A stretch of 64,000 nt of DNA from Tubiluchus corallicola (Eukaryota > Animalia > Priapulida). Shown one piece after another: positions 57,393 to 64,000 of this stretch (the first letter of the stretch is position 1; every line of letters begins with the position of its first letter). The translations under genes were made by a program, and so were the position numbers. The DNA lies in NCBI GenBank assembly GCA_030141605.1, contig JAQGDQ010000089.1:186001-250000 (forward strand). Reading direction: 5' to 3'. Under the pieces are notes generated by a model. It worked only from the letters and a program-made list of their open reading frames with translations, searched no databases and had not been told where the DNA came from.

Positions 57393-60300
57393 GCTCTATT
57401 TATTAACAATGGCCTGAATTATTAGTCTTGCAAAGGGCTCATGAATGGGCACAGTTACTCTAATTGATTGTTTTGCTTATTGACATCATTGCATTGTATT
57501 TACATTGTTTTTGAGCCTTGCAATAATGGATAGAAATATTGTTTGTTCACACTTCTTGACCCGCTGTCTAATCCTGTTTTCTTGTGTTGGAACTTTGCTG
57601 AATCTCTTCTTGATCTCTTCTAAAGCAAGAAATACACGAATCAATGAAATTTTTGTAACCACAAGATACTTTGTTCTAAACATCTGAGTAGGCTTTTCAA
57701 TACATTTTAAAACAGTATCAACAGTTTCTGTAGGCGAGATGAATTAATTTACTAATGCTAATTTTGGAGCTTCCAGTTAACTTAGTGCTCTCAATTTTGC
57801 ATTGGCCAGCTTATGAGATTGCCAGCATTTTATAATCACAATAGTCCATGTTTAGGGTTGGGTTATGTTCTAAAAGAATATTTGTAATAGGATTAGTTGT
57901 TGAGATTAGGCTGTACGTTGCAATAACACGGAAGACTCGCTGAACAGTTCCAGTTTTAATGCTTGAGGTTCGTAGCATTCATATTTAATTTGCTGCATGG
58001 GTCATAGTTGACGTTAATTGCTCATATTGTAAGTATGATCCAGTCTTGCTGACAAATTGATACTACGAAGTTATTAAATTGTTAGCACAAATTAATTCTG
58101 TCAATGGTGTGCTTTTTCAGGAGTGAAATGTGCTGTTGAATGTTTAACTTGTCAGTTGTCTGTCAAATTGGTCACATGGTTGAGTGAAAAAGTTGTGTTT
58201 TTTATGCTTGACAGTTTTGGCATGACTTTTAGCTTTCTTGTTTGCCACGCGCCAGTGTCCTTTTTTTATTAGATCTATGTATGTCTATTCATGGACTGCT
58301 CAATTTAAGCGGCTTTTTTGACAGTTTAGGGAAATGTAAGTCCAAGCAGAACTAGGTTGTGAGGTTATTATCGTGTTGCTGTCGAAAGAGACAGTCAGCT
58401 ATGGTTCATGAGAGTTAGCACTTAGCACTCCAGTCAATTGCAGTCAAAAACTTAAGAGTAAATGCTGACACTTTGATCAAATTATTTTTCCTTGAGTGCC
58501 ATATGACTTGAATGAAGTCAATGTAATTTTAATAAAAGTGTTGTTGGCTAAGGAAGTAAGCCAGTAAGCCTACAGATTCGGTATAAGCTATCTAGTTCAG
58601 AATGATAATTGAATTAGGAAAACCACTCGATTCTGTTCTCCTAAGTGGTTGACCCACTGGCACTGGCTTGCTTGTTCTTTGCCATTTCATCTATTGTCAC
58701 TTACTGTAATCAGTTAAAATTAATTGTAATTATTTTTGCTTGTAAAAAGCAAAGTTGTTCATATGTTGTGTGAATAGATTTTATGATGGCTTAACAAAAA
58801 TAATTTTTACTGAACAATAAAATAACTAATCGTAATGTTGACATGCACTGCACATGACACGCAGGCCTGTTCTCGTTGTCCGGAAGCATGGCTTCGTTAT
58901 AACCGACTTGTCAGGTATCGTTCTAACTATCCGACAAGCATAAACGAGTCTGTTATATCCGAAGTCCATTATAACGAGGGTTTACTGTATAATTGGATAA
59001 AAATTATTATTAGAAACTATTTTTATCAGTTGTTTATTGAATTGCTGCTGCCGCAACATTTTATTAAGCGTAGTTCTTCTTAATTTCATTTTGCTGGGGT
59101 TTTGAGCAGCACCGTATAGTAGCAACGTTTCATTGCGTATGCAACTTTAATTATGGATTAAGTACATGTATTTAATTTTAAACAGTTCTGAGGACTGTAG
59201 CTATTCCAAAACTGTCTGCATTTAGCTTTTTGGGGTCAGTGATCGTGCGGCAAGAGTCAATAAACGCAATTCATTAAATTTTAAGAAAAGATTACTGCAT
59301 ACCAACGATTAATTCTAATTTGGTGATCGTGTTGTATTTTATTATAATTCATGCAGGTGAGATAAAATTACATGATACGAATGTGCCATATCCCTTCGTC
59401 TACAGTGGCACTAAAATGCACGTTAACTCAGAAGTTGAACTCATAAAATGCTGTGAATGATATTAACCAAGAAAACTAGATCACATTCTTAAAATGAGCA
59501 TTAAATCAGCTGAAAGTTTTGCCTTTTTTCTGTAAGCTCCGTTACTATTTATGTCAGCTGAAACTTCGCTACTTGTGGTTGACTGGTGACATTGACCTCT
59601 GTACGACTTATTATAAACAACTAATGACTTTTTCTGGCATTAACATGAAGACACTTCTATAGATGGTGTAGCTCGCTTACCAGGGTTTTATTATCTTGCG
59701 TTAGCTAGGGGATACCCAGGGTGAAAAGTTTATTTAGCTTATTGAAAACAATCTTATATTCAACCTGCGATAAGAAATATTTATAAAGCTAACTATAAAA
59801 AGCTACCCATAAAAAGTTATATTTAACATAAATCTGGTTTATGACGTGTGTGAATTAGGCGTCATATAATATAATATTGACTTGTAATATCAAGCCAATG
59901 TACGGTATCAAACTTTCTTGACTACGTCTTAGGAATAAACATTTTCTTGTTTACAAAATATCCATATGGATTTACTACTCTACATTATAATTGTCATTAA
60001 TACATCCAACCTAATATGTAACCTATAATAAAATAAAGTTTGGCACTTCCACTAGAGACGACCCTCTTAAAATGAGCATAACAATTAACTGTAGACATTG
60101 TTCGAACATTTATAAGTGGATTTGGTAAATAAGCTGCTTGTTGTATTGTTTTATGACGTTGTATAAGTGGGTGCTGGTGATTTCTCTTCTCGCCAAACTT
60201 CAACTTTCCAGGCACAGCTCTATTTTTTGGATTTGTAATGCACAGGAAATACAGTTGAAAAAAATCAGAACCGCCAATTACGCACCTAAATAGAAAGGAC

Positions 60301-61957
60301 ACAAAAAGCACAAGATGTCACTAACAACACGTCAGTTTCTTGTTTACTTGAACGTTTCTTATAAATAGCCAAAACGACAAACTGTGTCTTCTGTGGGACA
60401 CGAGTAATAACTTATTAAGGTTACATTAATCACAATAGACCTAAGTAGTAACTAAGAAAGAATACATGTTAATTGATCATCAGAAATTCCAGGCCAATAA
60501 TAGAATGGCCAATCTAAATGACTATGAGAGATGGAATTTTGGGCACTGTTGCAAATTATTGCCGAGCTGAATGGAAGACCTAGTTCTCCTCTTGAATTCC
60601 TTGTCTTTTGTTAATGATCTATTGTTTAATTGCTTAGATTTTATCGCTTCTAATAACACTTGCTAACTAACAATTAACATCAATTTGGTTGTGGATTGGC
60701 TTGCTGGTATTTCTAGTTCACTGACTTCAGTTGTCCATTGACCATTCTTTCATCTTGCTGTGGCTCTTTATATAGGTCAGTTTAAAAAGTGAAACCGACC
60801 TAGTTTAGAGTGAATTCCAGTACTAGCGTAAGCTGCATTGGTCTCTCGAATTTTACTTTAACCTATTTTCAGCTGTGAGTTGAATTTTACTGTGAGAATT
60901 TGAGTTGGTTTCGCAAATTTTATTCCCTTTTTATTGCCAGTTTTATAAGAAGACATTTATTTTCACTGCTGAGCACCACTTGCCCAAAAAGTGCTAATGT
61001 AACAAAGGAACTCGAACACGTAAAATGAGTGGCATACATCGGAACCTTCTGGCCACTGGTCATTTCTATTCGAACTGAATTCTTTTGATTTTAGCACCTA
61101 GTAATAGCCTAGGTCTGCGTGCTAGCTATGTACGTTTCAAGAACCAACCTATGTAAAAGTTGCATTGGCATTTGTCTGTTTTCTTTTATAACCTTAGAGA
61201 CCTATCGAACATGTCAGTAGATTTTACAATATAAAAGAACGATCCTAGCATGTTTAACTTGAAATTTTTCTATCATTGTAGTCACCCGAGGCGTATTCTG
61301 CACTTTGCTTTCATTTAGTTAAACATTTGGCCTTATCCGGGCACAAGTTTGACGAAATTATCCTGTTTACTATTCGCTGTCGAGTATTATTCCCTATATG
61401 GAGCGTGCATCATGCTCTTTACAAATAGATCAATAAACTGATTTCGCAAATATTTACTTACATATTGTCCCTTTTTTTAGTTGCCCTGATATATGAATAG
61501 TTGATTGACACGAAGGTGTTCACATTCGGTAAAGCAATTTAAAGATTAAGTCATTTTTCTCACCAAAAGTGTAATTTTTTCTCTCGTAACATTTCCAGAT
61601 AATATAATAAAGAGTTCGTTGATCTGTCACTCTGCATCATTTGAGCATTCGAACATTCTCGTTTTCCTTGAACTACTTTTATAATACATTAAGAAACTTG
61701 CAAGATTTGTTTGCGTACTTAAACCCTGGATTAACTGGTCGAACGAATGGGATTGGGATTTCTTTAAAATTTGCACATAGCGTTCATTGTAATAATTCAG
61801 ATCAAATTTTATTGATGAGAAATTATAGGTCTGTTGCTTGTCAGAAGTGCCCTGTACAGGGTTGGAGGAAAACCTTAGGTAGCGTGAGAAACTTTTGTCT
61901 AGAATGTGGAATTATAATGGTGCATAATAATTGAACACATTAAACTTTCTTTGCATA

Positions 61958-62840
61958 AATAGTAATTTATTCATTTTTGAAATCTTCAGATCATAGGATT
62001 TTCTTAAGTGAAGTAGCTATTTGTGTTCAGGCCTTCTATAATAGCCTAATGGATTTTGGTAATTTTTCAAAATCGCTTCTGGGTTAAACTGATGGTCTGT
62101 TTGTAATAATTTTTTTCTTGTATTATAGGACCCCTCAAAGGCTCAAACATACACAACAACCGTTTACAACTGGAAAACTGTATTTATACAGATGATGTAG
62201 TTTATTTAGAAAATTGAAAGTATTACAACGAAAGTAGAAGCTGTAGTAGACAGTAATTTTCCCAGTTTGCCCTTAATTCGTAATCATTTTCATGTAGCCG
62301 AAAAATGCCAATTTTTTCTATGGAATCAATGTGACTCCGCTTTTCAGTGTCGAGCGAGGATCTTGGATCAGGGAACGACTAGCCGGTCTATTGTCACATT
62401 TGTCAGGACTTATTGTCCAGCGGATCTTTATCAGGGTATTTCCGCAAGTTCTGTTCCGGTCATCTTATATTAGAGATTTTCTACAGTTCTTTTGCGTTAA
62501 GCAACCTTCCTTTAATCAACTCCTCGACTGCGTTTTATCACACAAAGCTTAAAAAGTTTCATCCGGTGGTAAATTGTAATGCTTTCAGTTTTCTAAATAA
62601 ACTGCACCATATGTGTAAAATACAGTTTTCCAATTGTAAACGGTCGTTGCGTATGATTAAGTGAAGCCTACTATATAAATAGTCGAAGGAATCCATTATT
62701 ACAAACATCTGTCCATCCGTTTAATGCAGAAGTAATTATGGAAAATTACCAAAACACATTAGGCAATAGAAAGCCTGAGCAATACAGCAGCCATTTCACC
62801 AAAGGAAATCCTACTCTCTGAAAATTTCAAAAATGAATGT
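61958..62840. repeat. Diverged inverted repeat pair (~270-bp arms, ~350-bp spacer)
   Basis: The reverse complement of ~61958-62228 aligns by eye with ~62575-62840. Shared blocks: TGTAAT.CTTTCA.TTTTCTAAATAAACT, TACAGTTTTCCA.TTGTAAACGGT, TTATTACAAACA, AAAATTACCAAAA, TTTCAAAAATGAAT. Confidence 0.7.
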
Positions 62841-64000
62841 ATGTCCCCATTTAGTTGGTTTTATACTGCTGAATTTGTACAATTTCACTACACGGTTTAT
62901 CCGAACCGATATAACTACTTTTATGCCTATTCAAAAAACTAACACTATTTGCAATGAAATTTATTCATTATTTTCAACATTATATTTTATTTTTAGACTT
63001 CGTTTAACCTACATACATGAGTAATGGGGGAGTATAGACAAGGGTTTGTCTGTGCAAGCTAGCCTTGTAGCGGTTATTAGTTTTAGCGTAGACAGGCTAC
63101 AGTGTTAATAGAATGAATTTTAACCAAATTAAATTTTGATTTCCTCGTGTCGTTGTGCTTGTACAGCGTCAGTTTACCATAATTGCATTTTCTCGAATTT
63201 TGATGACATATTTTCGGGTCACGTGACATGCATTCCGAACATTCCAATTCTTTGTAAATTGCGAAGTTTTGCAAAACGTTGACGCTTCGTTGTCCCACTT
63301 TCATTCAGTTCTTCATTGTTGGCGTTCTGGCAGCCTGCCAATTTCGTGATGTCCAGAGGACCAGAACTCGCTACTCTTCGTGGAATGATGAAATTGCATG
63401 AATAGTATACAGGAACTAGAATTCTATATTCCACCAAGGATGGGTGGCATTAAGGGACTGGTCTGACTGGAAAAAGAGAACATAATAAAAAGTTAATATT
63501 TGGTAAATTGTGCGGTTTCTCTTGGTAACGAGGTCCCAATACTGTATTGCCTTTTGTCGCAGTATTCCAATTTGAAGTAAGCAATTAGCGGCCTGTTGCT
63601 AAATTTTGATAGTGTACTCTTTGCGAGCATCATTTAGTCAACTTGAGTACTGTACCTAACCTAAATTGACCAAAATGGACCTAAGCTCAAACATTACTTC
63701 ACCTTTCAAAAATGATGTTGGTCATTATGCCCCCCCCCCTCCTCCAATGAAATGCTTACCGAAATATCCATGTCAGCCTTAGCACTTTAGTAAACAGAAT
63801 TGGTAGCGCCGAAATTGTTTGATAATAAGAATGAGAATAAGAAGTCACGAAAATGTAAAAGAAAACAAAAATAAGACAGAAGGGAAAACTTGATACACAT
63901 TTCGAGTATTCTTCTCATGTTGATGATCGTGAGATCACGAAAGGAAATTTGATAAAAATAAAATAACAAATTTATATATTTCATAATCTTATTATATGCC

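Noticed and set aside
57486-57830. Coiled-coil-looking - strand frame (LALEEIKKRFSK..)
   Set aside because: It is on the wrong strand for SH3BP5, has upstream in-frame stops, and shows no recognisable family motif.

Overview
AT-rich, intron-rich animal (invertebrate-type) genomic DNA. Three spliced host genes lie on the + strand. (1) The 3' part of an unidentified single-pass membrane protein gene (exons ~911-19644). (2) A complete L1-family/neuroglian-like adhesion gene (signal peptide, 6 Ig, 5 FnIII, TM; CDS 23613-51550) whose tail lacks the ankyrin-binding FIGQY motif. (3) The first two coding exons of an SH3BP5/parcas-like gene (55021-56687). An intron of gene 1 holds a young, intact BEL/Pao LTR retrotransposon on the - strand (10405-18485; 429-bp LTRs with 3 mismatches, CTATC TSD, one long gag-pol ORF). 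The top finding is in that element. It has no tRNA-type (TGG...) primer-binding site. Each LTR instead contains an apparent 164-nt GT-AG intron, and splicing it out creates a junction complementary to the 18 nt directly after the 5' LTR. This suggests splicing-dependent self-priming, or splicing-dependent masking of the poly(A) signal. The window also contains an internally deleted PIF/Harbinger, several hAT- and Tc1-type MITEs (one nested), RTE and CR1/L2 fragments, tRNA-derived SINE-like heads and tandem repeats. All gene models were built by hand from splice signals and phase consistency; no database search was run.
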